Shown here: positions 17,065 to 25,896 of the stretch, piece by piece | Position numbering within the stretch: the first letter of the stretch is position 1 | Layout of the letters: each line of letters opens with the position of its first letter | Sequence record: NC_052661.1 | From: Escherichia phage ukendt | Length of the DNA stretch: 64,000 nucleotides | Strand: one strand, 5' to 3' | Made by a program: the position numbers and the translations under genes | Notes under the pieces: generated by a model | What the model saw: the letters and a program-made list of their open reading frames with translations, nothing else | Database searches by the model: none | What the model was told of the DNA's origin: nothing

Positions 17065-17736
17065 ATGAAAAAGTTTGTTGTTTACAGTCGTCTTTCTAAA
17101 CAGAAAAAAGGTGAGGCACAATATGGTATGGAGAGCCAAGAGAACGATATCCGTTACTTCTTAGACTCTGTGCCTGACGCTGAAGTTATTGGTCAATTTT
17201 CTGAATACTATTCGGGTAAGGGCGATTGGAAGCAACGTAAGGAACTGGTTAAAGCGGTTGAAATGTGTAAAGCTACCGGAGCAACTTTATTGGTAGCTAA
17301 AGTTGACCGCTTGGGTCGTAACAACGCCTCCGTAGCAACTCTCCTAGAAATGATCGATGTTAAGATAGCCATCATGCCAGACGCAGATAAAATGGTTATA
17401 CAGCTTCTGTCTGTTTTGGCTGAACAAGAAGTTAGAGGTATTGCTGATCGTATTAAAAAGGGTCTTGCTGTAGCAAAAAGCAAAGGTGTTTTATTAGGCA
17501 GTGCTAATCCTAAAACTGCCGCTGCACGTAGAAAAGGAAAAATGGAATACAACTCTGTTAAAGCAGACGCTTTTGCAGAGACATTCCGTGAACGCTTGGA
17601 GATCCTTAGAGATTTAAATACACCTTACAAAACTATTGCTGAAAAATTTAATAGTAAGAAAATAGCAACAGCACGTGGTGGTAAATGGGATGCTAAGACT
17701 GTTTCTCGTTTGTGTGCCAGACTGAACATTAAATAG
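17065..17736 (+). CDS. serine recombinase (resolvase/invertase family)
   Basis: YSRLSKQ catalytic-Ser context, VAKVDRLGRN and ADRIKKG motifs, C-terminal HTH; track start 17059 is GTG. Confidence 0.75.
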   Translation: MKKFVVYSRLSKQKKGEAQYGMESQENDIRYFLDSVPDAEVIGQFSEYYSGKGDWKQRKELVKAVEMCKATGATLLVAKVDRLGRNNASVATLLEMIDVKIAIMPDADKMVIQLLSVLAEQEVRGIADRIKKGLAVAKSKGVLLGSANPKTAAARRKGKMEYNSVKADAFAETFRERLEILRDLNTPYKTIAEKFNSKKIATARGGKWDAKTVSRLCARLNIK

Positions 17737-17744
17737 GAGAGGAT

Positions 17745-18167
17745 ATGAAACAAGAAAATGAATCTGTAGATCACTTAATCATGCTGTCAGCCCTTTTTGC
17801 AGGATGGGACGTATTTTTTGAAAATTTGTTCAATTCTGCTACAGATGGTTCCGATTTTATGCGCCAGTTTAAACGACGAACTGTTGAGGACTATGCTTTC
17901 TATTCAGGTCGGATTGAAAAAGGTTACGAAGATACAAATACAACACTCACCATTAAAGTTTTAGATGTGATGTTTAGTGTTATAGATGCTATCGACGAAA
18001 GTCTTCCGATCCTAGACAATTGTAATACGAAAGCCTATGTTTACAAAATAGCTCGTGCTTATGTGTCTGCAAACAGTTGCCTTCTTTCCACCCAGATTGC
18101 CGTGAACAATCTTGCCAACTTGTTCGATGAAGGAGAAACTTTTTATGACAATCGATTTGAAGTGTAA
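17745..18167 (+). CDS. hypothetical protein (140 aa)
   Basis: ORF track; RBS taggagaggat. Confidence 0.5.
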   Translation: MKQENESVDHLIMLSALFAGWDVFFENLFNSATDGSDFMRQFKRRTVEDYAFYSGRIEKGYEDTNTTLTIKVLDVMFSVIDAIDESLPILDNCNTKAYVYKIARAYVSANSCLLSTQIAVNNLANLFDEGETFYDNRFEV

Positions 18168-18510
18168 GAGGATTCTTTTAGATTTCTATAATAATTGGTT
18201 AGAACACCTCCGTCTCTTTCCAAGAGAAAGTGGTTACGCTGATGTTGGCTTATGCCGAGGTCTACGTATGTATATAAGTGATGAATTTCGGGCCGAGCAT
18301 TCTTTAGCATATTCTGTTTATGGTATGCAATTAGCCAGTTTTGAAAACGCTGGCTTAGATACAACTTTCCCATTTAACACAGCAAAATCTTTTGAGCAAG
18401 AGTGTAAGGAAAAACGTTGCATGTTTAATGAAAAACGTGTACAGTGGGTTAAGGATCGAGTTAAACAACTGGAACAAGAGTTGGATTTCTTCTATGATGA
18501 GGCAGAATAA
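18145..18510 (+). CDS. hypothetical protein, WVKDR paralog family member 4
   Basis: In-frame ATG after RBS gaaggagaaac; GLCRGL and QWVKDRV motifs. Confidence 0.6.
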   Translation: MTIDLKCKRILLDFYNNWLEHLRLFPRESGYADVGLCRGLRMYISDEFRAEHSLAYSVYGMQLASFENAGLDTTFPFNTAKSFEQECKEKRCMFNEKRVQWVKDRVKQLEQELDFFYDEAE

Positions 18511-18782
18511 TGGATAGACAAACCTTAAAAACAATGGCAGATGCCACTAATTCCCCGTACTTTGAAAAAGTAAGTAAATTGGTAGCTCAAGCCGCAGAGG
18601 AAGGATATTATAACATAAACATCCACAACCCAAGTCTTATACTAGAAATGCCAAGTGATAAGAAGATACAAGAGAGTATCTGTGAAGGTATTGTTAGTTA
18701 CTGGCGCGAGCGTGGGTGTGGTGCAAACATGGCTTTAGACAGTGCAAACATTGTAAGATATATAAATATTTCTTGGGGGTGA
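18510..18782 (+). CDS. hypothetical protein (90 aa)
   Basis: ORF track. Confidence 0.5.
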   Translation: MDRQTLKTMADATNSPYFEKVSKLVAQAAEEGYYNINIHNPSLILEMPSDKKIQESICEGIVSYWRERGCGANMALDSANIVRYINISWG

Positions 18783-18786
18783 TTTT

Positions 18787-19398
18787 ATGATTCAATGCAC
18801 TCATATCCAAATTACTTGGAGAGATGAACTTTACCATTTGGGACAATTTACTGTAGGGGAAACATACCCTATCATTAAACATAATCCTAACATCGCAAAC
18901 TTTGACAGGATGGTTCTTGTTGAGGACGATCTAGGTCAAACTTATTCTTTAGATCTAAAATATCCGTTTTCTTACGGCTACGATTGGATCGTTACTTTTG
19001 AAGACGTGGAGGAAAATAAAACAATGAACGAAAAAAATTCTTGGTATTATCGTTGTGAACTGCCACCAGTAGGTGAAAAGGTTATCTTTGTCCCTGATTT
19101 GGAAAGATATTCTTGGGACAGTTCTTATTCTGTTCCTAAAGAAGGCACCGAAGTTGAAGTTATTGCACATCGCACAACTTCGCATGGTAACGATGTAGCA
19201 GTTGTTTTCTGGGATGATGAAGGCGCTGCTTGTGCAGGTGGCTTTGTTGCAGGTAATTTTGAACCCCTGCCAGATCCTTTGAAGGAGGCAATTTTAGGCG
19301 TAGCTTCTTTTGGACTCTCTTACACATCTGCACAAGAGATCGTAGAAGGTATTTTAAACGGTACCGTTCCAAACGAAATTTTTAAACAGATTAAATAA
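18787..19398 (+). CDS. hypothetical protein (203 aa)
   Basis: ORF track. Confidence 0.55.
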   Translation: MIQCTHIQITWRDELYHLGQFTVGETYPIIKHNPNIANFDRMVLVEDDLGQTYSLDLKYPFSYGYDWIVTFEDVEENKTMNEKNSWYYRCELPPVGEKVIFVPDLERYSWDSSYSVPKEGTEVEVIAHRTTSHGNDVAVVFWDDEGAACAGGFVAGNFEPLPDPLKEAILGVASFGLSYTSAQEIVEGILNGTVPNEIFKQIK

Positions 19399-19449
19399 TA
19401 GTTGCACCCCGTTCTGCGGGGTGTTATTGTATATGTAAAGGAGGCGCTA

Positions 19450-19788
19450 ATGTATTACACTGAAGACTACATATTGTATAACTTTTTTAAAGGTTGGTTG
19501 AAATGGGCGGAACAAGCTCCTGTCGGAGATTGTGTTTTTCCTTGGGATTCTCGTCAAGGCTTGTGTCGTTGTTTGGAAGATTGGCTTATAACCACAAACT
19601 ACAATTCAGAAACTAAGAAATCTACATCAAACAGATTAAAAATGTTATTTGAAGAAGATGGTTTAGATCCAATTTATCCTTTCGGTGCTGAAAGCTTCCA
19701 CAATAGTCTTTTTCTTGGCACTCAACATTATGACAAAGATCGCGTAGATTGGGTAAAAGAAAAGGTAGCACAGTATGAATGGGGCTAA
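19450..19788 (+). CDS. hypothetical protein, WVKDR paralog family member 5
   Basis: In-frame ATG after RBS aaaggaggcgcta; GLCRCL and DWVKEKV motifs. Confidence 0.6.
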   Translation: MYYTEDYILYNFFKGWLKWAEQAPVGDCVFPWDSRQGLCRCLEDWLITTNYNSETKKSTSNRLKMLFEEDGLDPIYPFGAESFHNSLFLGTQHYDKDRVDWVKEKVAQYEWG

Positions 19789-19978
19789 GACTTATCATCG
19801 TTGGTTAGAAAGTTATATTAAGAAATGTGAACTTGGTGTTCCAGGTTATACTTACGACACGGACGAGATTCTTGATGAGATGGAAGTTTGGTTTAAAGAG
19901 CCTCGTGAACTATTGTCAAATATTCTAATGGCTTGGGATGGTACAGCACAAAGCATCGGAGGAGGTAGAAATGAGTAA
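19775..19978 (+). CDS. hypothetical protein (67 aa)
   Basis: ORF track; overlaps upstream gene end. Confidence 0.45.
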   Translation: MNGAKTYHRWLESYIKKCELGVPGYTYDTDEILDEMEVWFKEPRELLSNILMAWDGTAQSIGGGRNE

Positions 19979-20105
19979 GAAATTGTTTAATATTCGTGAG
20001 AACCGTGATGGATCGTTCTCTGTAGTTAATGAGTTTAACGTTTCGGTTGGGACTTTTATTACTAAACGTCAAGCAGAACAAGTAAGAGATACTTTAAACA
20101 AGTAA
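19971..20105 (+). CDS. hypothetical small protein (44 aa)
   Basis: ATG after RBS ggaggaggtagaa. Confidence 0.4.
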   Translation: MSKKLFNIRENRDGSFSVVNEFNVSVGTFITKRQAEQVRDTLNK

Positions 20106-20122
20106 GTTTTTAAGGGGGACTT

Positions 20123-20542
20123 ATGTTAGGTAAGATCAAAGCTTTTTTCAAACGTATTATTGAAGGAAGTCCAACAGAAGGTGCATTAGGAAGATCTCTA
20201 ACAGGAGAACCACTTTCCATAATTTCTATCAGTCGGTATGGTGGATATTCAATTCGACAAACACCTTTAGGTATAGAAGGTAGTATGCTTTCTTGGACAA
20301 TATCTCAAGTTGGTGATAACAGACTTGCAGCTATAGCGTTACTTCGTGGGGAGTATGACTACTGTTTATCAGCATCTTGTAAAAAGCACCTCATAGAGCA
20401 CATTAGAGACAGAGTAGAAAGAGAAGGCGGATACTTCTTCGAAACTAAGAGAAACGAACAAGGAACTCTTGACTTCACTAAGGTTTACTGGGACAATCAT
20501 ACTCGTCAAACTGTTGAACAACTTCTGGAGGAAAGATGTTAA
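20123..20542 (+). CDS. hypothetical protein (139 aa)
   Basis: ORF track; RBS taagggggactt. Confidence 0.55.
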   Translation: MLGKIKAFFKRIIEGSPTEGALGRSLTGEPLSIISISRYGGYSIRQTPLGIEGSMLSWTISQVGDNRLAAIALLRGEYDYCLSASCKKHLIEHIRDRVEREGGYFFETKRNEQGTLDFTKVYWDNHTRQTVEQLLEERC

Positions 20543-20745
20543 AAGCTTTTGCTATATACTCTACTGTAGGATTCTTTTATTGGATTATAGTTATTGTTGG
20601 ATGTTGGTTAGGTTCTTCTGTTGTGATGGGAGAATGGTTAACATACAATGTATTTGAATGGGATGTATTTTGTAGATCATTACTTGTTATATGGACTGTT
20701 ATTGTTTGTTGGATAACTGTTAGTCTAACATTAGATCTATACTGA
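20536..20745 (+). CDS. hypothetical membrane protein (69 aa)
   Basis: ORF track; two hydrophobic segments. Confidence 0.5.
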   Translation: MLKAFAIYSTVGFFYWIIVIVGCWLGSSVVMGEWLTYNVFEWDVFCRSLLVIWTVIVCWITVSLTLDLY

Positions 20746-20749
20746 TTAA

Positions 20750-21100
20750 TAGATGGTAGATAGATGATTATAGTTTATCTACCTTCACTTACGTTTCATA
20801 CCTCACTATCGTGAGTAACATGAAACATTATTATATAGAAATCTACTACTCGCTATCGCTCGTAAACATATGTTTAGGGTACCATATTTTTTTGAAAAAG
20901 TCAATGCTGGTTCACCTATCAATTATGTGTTTAAGATAAGTCTTACCTATCAATCCAATTCTTACTTTATATTACACCCATAGTAAGACTATTCTTATGG
21001 TTATTAATCACCTTCTTCTGTAGAATGTAATTAGATCCTTGACAAACTCACAAAGCTTGTGTTACATTATGTCTCACAGGTGAATAATACCGAACAGGAG
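20750..21100. other. intergenic region with several short inverted repeats (GGTAGATA/TATCTACC, AGTCTTAC/GTAAGACT, CTCAC/GTGAG) and a TTGACA promoter at 21039
   Basis: no ORF; inverted repeats read directly. Confidence 0.45.
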
Positions 21101-21105
21101 GAAGA

Positions 21106-21321
21106 ATGAGTTCCAATTTTCTATACAAAGCAAAAGATTCACGAGATGGAGAGAACCATTGGTGGTTGATCACAGAAGATGGTGTTATCATCCTACCGTG
21201 GGACGGAGAGACGAAAGTTCAAATACTAGAGAAAGTAAAAGGCGTTAGTTTTAATGTTAGTCATGACATAACAACTTTCAAAGCTTTTGCTATGAATCCT
21301 AGTCTTATTGCTGAATGGTAA
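21106..21321 (+). CDS. hypothetical protein (71 aa), C-terminal LIAEW
   Basis: ORF track; RBS gaacaggaggaaga. Confidence 0.5.
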   Translation: MSSNFLYKAKDSRDGENHWWLITEDGVIILPWDGETKVQILEKVKGVSFNVSHDITTFKAFAMNPSLIAEW

Positions 21322-21334
21322 TCCAGGAGAAAAT

Positions 21335-21553
21335 ATGACTAAAATGTATGCAGCCGTTGATAAGCTGGATGGGTCTGATTCTGTTTTTATTTTGAATAAA
21401 ATGGGTGTCTTAGTTTATGCCCGAACTTCTCAAAACATAGAGCACCAAGTGGAAGCAGCACAAATTTTAGAGCAAATAACCCCTCCATACCTATACTCAA
21501 ATGTTGAGCGTTTTAACGATGCACTTGGTTTGACGTTAATAGCGGAATGGTAA
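21335..21553 (+). CDS. hypothetical protein (72 aa), C-terminal LIAEW like upstream gene
   Basis: In-frame ATG after RBS ccaggagaaaat. Confidence 0.5.
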   Translation: MTKMYAAVDKLDGSDSVFILNKMGVLVYARTSQNIEHQVEAAQILEQITPPYLYSNVERFNDALGLTLIAEW

Positions 21554-21753
21554 TAATGGCGAAAATGTTGGAAATTGATAATGTCGTAACAATCACTACG
21601 TCCATACCTTGTCCTCCTATACCTTGCCCCTATTGTGGTGGTGCAGGATATGTTATGGCAGATGTAGGTCAAATTTACGAGTGTAACCCGTGCAAAACCA
21701 CAGGCTATATCGAAATAGAATCAGAGGAGAAACACTATGAGCCAAAACGCTAA
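21547..21753 (+). CDS. hypothetical Cys-rich protein (68 aa)
   Basis: ORF track; CPPIPCPYCGG...CNPCK. Confidence 0.5.
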   Translation: MVIMAKMLEIDNVVTITTSIPCPPIPCPYCGGAGYVMADVGQIYECNPCKTTGYIEIESEEKHYEPKR

Positions 21754-22186
21754 AGAAAAAGAAGTAATCACGGCAATCCGTCAGATGGAAGGTGCCGAAA
21801 ACAATGCTTTTGTTACTAAGATTCTTCTTAATATCTTTGAAGATATTATTTTAAACAATCCTGGTCATAAAGATTATCAGTATGATGTTATGATGGGTGC
21901 TTTGCTTGAGATTAACAAAAACACTTTTGCTGAATATGAGCAACACATGCTTTTACCAGAGGAAGATCAGGATTATTTGTTATCTGGTGCTTTAAGTGCA
22001 CAAGAAAATTTCTACCACGTTCTTAATATGGCTTATGCAGATGAACTGGCTGTATCCCTTGAAGAGCGGATTCAAATGGTCCGTGATGTAATGAATGAAC
22101 AGATCCAAGAAGTTGAAGATTTGGTAGCAGAACCTTTAGCAGAAGTTCGTGCAGCTATTGAAAAACAAAAAGGAACTCAATCATGA
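21737..22186 (+). CDS. hypothetical protein (149 aa)
   Basis: ORF track; RBS gaggagaaacact. Confidence 0.55.
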   Translation: MSQNAKEKEVITAIRQMEGAENNAFVTKILLNIFEDIILNNPGHKDYQYDVMMGALLEINKNTFAEYEQHMLLPEEDQDYLLSGALSAQENFYHVLNMAYADELAVSLEERIQMVRDVMNEQIQEVEDLVAEPLAEVRAAIEKQKGTQS

Positions 22187-22350
22187 TGCAAGTAGGTGAT
22201 GTGGTTTGTCTTAAAGGTGCAAACAAACAAATGACAGTAATAGAAAGTTATGGCGAATCTTGTAAAGTAACGTGGTTCGATGAAAACGGAGAGTTGCAAC
22301 ACGCTATATTCGATCAAAAAGCTTTGCGGAAGGTTGAAGAAAAAGAATGA
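22183..22350 (+). CDS. hypothetical small protein (55 aa)
   Basis: ATGA overlap with upstream stop and with next start. Confidence 0.4.
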   Translation: MMQVGDVVCLKGANKQMTVIESYGESCKVTWFDENGELQHAIFDQKALRKVEEKE

Positions 22351-22610
22351 GCTATCCGTCAATATTCTTCTGTTTTGTAGATCTTGAAAACGAATCTTTA
22401 ATCGTTGATAGTGATGGTTACTTCACTTATTGGGAATCCGAGCACGAAACTATAAGTGTAGTGAAAGAAATTATGCAAACTAATCCAAACCTACCAGCAC
22501 ATAAGTACGGTATTGCAAAAGTGTTTGTTACTAAAACAGAGTACACAAAAGAGCGAAGCACTTTGTATCATAATATTGAAGTGATTCACTATTTCAAAGA
22601 TGTTATTTAG
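22347..22610 (+). CDS. hypothetical protein (87 aa)
   Basis: ORF track. Confidence 0.5.
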   Translation: MSYPSIFFCFVDLENESLIVDSDGYFTYWESEHETISVVKEIMQTNPNLPAHKYGIAKVFVTKTEYTKERSTLYHNIEVIHYFKDVI

Positions 22611-22618
22611 GAGGTTAT

Positions 22619-23227
22619 ATGGAAGAGAAGATTTGGGATGGTAAAGATCCTTTAGAAGTGGGACATGTAGCACGTGTCAAAAAATCTACTACAGGCCCTG
22701 GTTTTTCTGGTTTGTATCATATACCAGAAGAGGGTCAGCACGTTACAATTTTGGCTCGTGACAAACAAAACGGATCAACACCTGTGTGGATTGTTCGTTG
22801 GTATGACAAAGATCTTAACATTTGCTTGTCACCTATTATGGCTCATTTGCTGGAAGCCCCTTGCTCTGAAGAAGCTCTCATTTTTGTTTCGGCTTTTCAG
22901 AAAGCCACAGGTTTAACATTAGATGCAAAAGATGTGCAAAAAGCATTTGACATTATTCAGGAAGACAACGATACTACATCTAACGACGAACTGGTTGAAG
23001 TTACAATCTTATCTTCAGCAGATATTCGAGAGATTGATAATTGTGATTTTCCAATCACATTTAAAATGTCACAGAAAGACGTGCAGTCATCTGGAAGTTG
23101 TTTTGGTATACCTCGTTGGTTTTTTGATTCTATCAAAAATTCTACTACAGAGGGATCAGATTATGATCAAGATGACATGCTTTGGTTCTTAAAAAACCGA
23201 GAGATTGTTCTCTCACCACTTAAGTAA
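22619..23227 (+). CDS. hypothetical protein (202 aa)
   Basis: ORF track; RBS ttaggaggttat. Confidence 0.55.
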   Translation: MEEKIWDGKDPLEVGHVARVKKSTTGPGFSGLYHIPEEGQHVTILARDKQNGSTPVWIVRWYDKDLNICLSPIMAHLLEAPCSEEALIFVSAFQKATGLTLDAKDVQKAFDIIQEDNDTTSNDELVEVTILSSADIREIDNCDFPITFKMSQKDVQSSGSCFGIPRWFFDSIKNSTTEGSDYDQDDMLWFLKNREIVLSPLK

Positions 23228-23236
23228 GGAGAAATA

Positions 23237-23338
23237 ATGGTTTCATTTATCGTAGGTGTAGTTGTAGGCTATCTTATTAACAAATATCAAGACGTTATCA
23301 CGGCAAAAGTAAAAGACATTTTAGACTCATCTAAATAA
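23237..23338 (+). CDS. hypothetical peptide (33 aa)
   Basis: ATG after RBS taaggagaaata; followed by hairpin terminator. Confidence 0.35.
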   Translation: MVSFIVGVVVGYLINKYQDVITAKVKDILDSSK

Positions 23339-23347
23339 TCTATCAAA

Positions 23348-23376
23348 GCTGCATCTTCAATAGGTGCAGCCTTTTA
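23348..23376 (+). terminator. putative intrinsic terminator GCTGCA-loop-TGCAGC plus T-rich tail
   Basis: inverted repeat followed by CTTTTA. Confidence 0.4.
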
Positions 23377-23390
23377 AAAGGAGATACGGC

Positions 23391-23564
23391 ATGACTAAAC
23401 GCACTGATTTTAAATGTATGCATTGTGGGAAATCTTTTGGGGATCATCAAGCTCGCACATTCAATTGTCCACGTAAAGGTCGCGGAAATTTTAAAGGTTT
23501 TAATCCCGCACATGTTTATTCTCCAGATTACGATAAACCAGAAGAAGAAAAATTTGTTATTTAA
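23391..23564 (+). CDS. hypothetical zinc-finger-like protein (57 aa)
   Basis: ATG after RBS aaaggagatacggc; CMHCG...CPRKG. Confidence 0.45.
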   Translation: MTKRTDFKCMHCGKSFGDHQARTFNCPRKGRGNFKGFNPAHVYSPDYDKPEEEKFVI

Positions 23565-23576
23565 TAAGGAGGTAAT

Positions 23577-23858
23577 ATGGAACTCGTTCAAGAACTGTAT
23601 AATGCTTTAGGAGCAAAAGGAAAAGATTGGCCCGAACATGCGCTTATTGCTATAAGAGACTCCGATGGTGAGATTAAGTTTTCAAGCGTAAGTAAAGAGC
23701 ACATTGTACAAACAAAACTGGGTATTTATATGCGTGGAACTTATTGCTTATTCAACACCAGAATGGTAGAAGCCCCTGTTATCGAGGATGGAACAAAAGG
23801 TTGCCCCACAATCGTAACAAAAGCTGAATATGAGAAGTTTTTCTACGCTAAGGCTTGA
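23577..23858 (+). CDS. hypothetical protein (93 aa)
   Basis: ORF track; RBS taaggaggtaat. Confidence 0.55.
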   Translation: MELVQELYNALGAKGKDWPEHALIAIRDSDGEIKFSSVSKEHIVQTKLGIYMRGTYCLFNTRMVEAPVIEDGTKGCPTIVTKAEYEKFFYAKA

Positions 23859-23903
23859 CACAGAAACAATACTATAGGATAGTGATTCTATCGTAGCAAT
23901 AGA

Positions 23904-23925
23904 ACCCGCTTCGGCGGGTTTTTTC
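23904..23925 (+). terminator. rho-independent terminator ACCCGC-TTCG-GCGGGT-TTTTT
   Basis: GC stem with TTCG loop plus T-tract. Confidence 0.7.
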
Positions 23926-23949
23926 ATATCTGTAGCAATAGGAGGTCGT

Positions 23950-24180
23950 GTGTTAAATAAAATCGAAGAAGGTTGTATGGCATTTTTGGTAGATAACCCG
24001 TTTCCGTTTATGGTTAAGATCCATGTAGGAGAGTATTTAGGTAATGACGAATGGGATTGTAGTATCAATAGCGAAATGCACTACTACCAACCAACAATAC
24101 TTAAGACGGATCAAATGGCGCGTATTACAGTAGAGGATGAATTGATCATTGAGTTATACGAGAGAGCACTGCACAAATAA
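23950..24180 (+). CDS. hypothetical protein (76 aa; start uncertain, GTG 23950 or ATG 23977)
   Basis: ORF track. Confidence 0.4.
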   Translation: MLNKIEEGCMAFLVDNPFPFMVKIHVGEYLGNDEWDCSINSEMHYYQPTILKTDQMARITVEDELIIELYERALHK

Positions 24181-24224
24181 GCTAGAACCCACCTAAATCG
24201 AACAGAGACGCTCTAAAATAGAAA

Positions 24225-24250
24225 AGGCACCCACTTGGGTGCCTTTGTTT
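24225..24250. terminator. bidirectional terminator AGGCACCC-ACTT-GGGTGCCT between convergent gene blocks
   Basis: perfect 8-bp stem flanked by T-runs on both strands at the plus/minus block junction. Confidence 0.65.
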
Positions 24251-24522
24251 TATTCTTCGTTAGATTGCGTTTCAGATGCGTTAAATTCGGTTTCAGTACA
24301 ACTTGCTAGGTAACTTATATTTTGCATCACTACAACTACAGGTGTTTGAAGTTTATCTTCTAGCCCCGCAGCTACTTGAGCCAAGGCATTATCAATATTT
24401 GATTTCCTAACACCTGTTCCATGTCCTGTTGCCAAGTAAAGATTACCTTCCCCTTTTTGTGTAGCATTAGCAAAGTAGTAAACGTAATGTGCAAGGTAGT
24501 AATCACGGATTTCTTCAGTCAT
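24250..24522 (-). CDS. hypothetical protein (90 aa)
   Basis: ORF track. Confidence 0.45.
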   Translation of the reverse strand: MTEEIRDYYLAHYVYYFANATQKGEGNLYLATGHGTGVRKSNIDNALAQVAAGLEDKLQTPVVVVMQNISYLASCTETEFNASETQSNEE

Positions 24523-24542
24523 TTTATTCTCCTAATAAGAAA

Positions 24543-24560
24543 GGGGCCGAAGCCCCTTGA
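24543..24560 (-). terminator. hairpin GGGGC-CGAA-GCCCC (identical copies at 36631 and 42797)
   Basis: palindromic stem-loop followed by T-run in minus sense. Confidence 0.5.
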
Positions 24561-24565
24561 GTGGT

Positions 24566-25366
24566 TTATTTGTTTAAATGGTCTTCAACCATTTTGATAA
24601 AGCCTTCATCACTGAAGACTGTTCCTGCTTTCTCTCGGTAGACAAGCACTCCACGTTCTTCGTAGAGAGTTTGTTCTACAAAATTCAAACCTGGGTTAAC
24701 TACAACCATCTTAACCCCAATATTCAGGGCAGGGAAGAGTTCCCAGTTGAAGTTGATTACTTGGTTAGAGCAGCCTACAACGATAACCATATCTTGTGAT
24801 GTTAGTTGATCCAGTTTGTGATACATGTCTGTGTAGAGCGGTGCATTCTCACCAAAAAACACCACATTAGGCTTCACATATTTGTAATCGTCTACATCAA
24901 TAGCTGCGTAACCCACATCTTTGATAATTTTGTTATCAACAACAACTTCTGGCAAGAAACCATGAACGTGCAATATTTCTTCTCTATCGATTCCAGCGCG
25001 TTCTAATAGATCGTCAACGTTAGTAGTGATGTTAATAATCCTTTCTGCACCGTATTTTTCGAACCATTCTCCAATCTGAAGATGTGCTGGATTCGGGTCA
25101 ACTTTCTCTAATTCCACGCGACGTTTATTGTAGAAGTCGTGAGTTTTACGGTAGAGGTTATATCCTTCCACATCTAAGCCACCCATAGCATCAGGAATAC
25201 CCTGTTCTTGCTGATAACCGTCACGGAAGTTGAAAATGTCACAGACTTCTGTCAAATCGTATTCATCCCATAATGCCTTTCCAGAATCTGTTTCTGTGCG
25301 AAATGTTTGGATTCCGCTGTCAGCACTTAGTCCCGCACCACTAATAAAATATACACGTCTTGGCAT
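24566..25366 (-). CDS. Sir2-like NAD-dependent deacylase/ADP-ribosyltransferase family protein
   Basis: sirtuin motifs GAGLSADSGIQTFR, ITTNVDDLLERAG, HVHG, KPNVVFFGE; no Cys4 zinc module. Confidence 0.65.
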   Translation of the reverse strand: MPRRVYFISGAGLSADSGIQTFRTETDSGKALWDEYDLTEVCDIFNFRDGYQQEQGIPDAMGGLDVEGYNLYRKTHDFYNKRRVELEKVDPNPAHLQIGEWFEKYGAERIINITTNVDDLLERAGIDREEILHVHGFLPEVVVDNKIIKDVGYAAIDVDDYKYVKPNVVFFGENAPLYTDMYHKLDQLTSQDMVIVVGCSNQVINFNWELFPALNIGVKMVVVNPGLNFVEQTLYEERGVLVYREKAGTVFSDEGFIKMVEDHLNK

Positions 25367-25839
25367 TATTCGTCCTCCTCAAATGGATCATAAGAATCAT
25401 ATTCGTAAGTATCATCTTCTGAAAATTCTACTTCAAAATAAATATCAAACTCTGCAAATAGACAGAGGATGTTAGACATGCTATAATAATTATCGTAGGC
25501 AGATTCAGCTTCATAATAAACATAAAGCAAATGGTTAGCCTTATCATCTTCCAAATATTTCCCGTCTGCATAAGCATAATCCGCATATGCTTTACCTGCA
25601 TCTTCTACAAAGGAACGATCAAGCAGAGTAGGAAAGGGTTTCTCTTTTTCTTTTAGTTTGCTCACCAACCAATGTGCAATCTCACTCCAGTCTGCATCCA
25701 TTCCACTGAAACAACTGGCACCTTCACCAAATTCTGCTTCTCCTAAGTCCCCTTTAATAGTAACTACAGTAGAGCTATTGTAACCGCAATCTTCACAGTC
25801 TGAATAACTATTGTGGACATTAATTTCTACTTGAAACAT
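25366..25839 (-). CDS. hypothetical acidic protein (157 aa)
   Basis: ORF track. Confidence 0.5.
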   Translation of the reverse strand: MFQVEINVHNSYSDCEDCGYNSSTVVTIKGDLGEAEFGEGASCFSGMDADWSEIAHWLVSKLKEKEKPFPTLLDRSFVEDAGKAYADYAYADGKYLEDDKANHLLYVYYEAESAYDNYYSMSNILCLFAEFDIYFEVEFSEDDTYEYDSYDPFEEDE

Positions 25840-25896
25840 ATTCCCTCCTATAAAGAAAAGCCCCCTGAAACAGGAGGCTTTGTTCAGATGTTGGCA

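Noticed and set aside
17065-17736. Prophage integration module or IS element around the serine recombinase
   Set aside because: No integrase-type attachment context, transposase or terminal inverted repeats were recognisable around it; the flanking genes are ordinary small phage ORFs.
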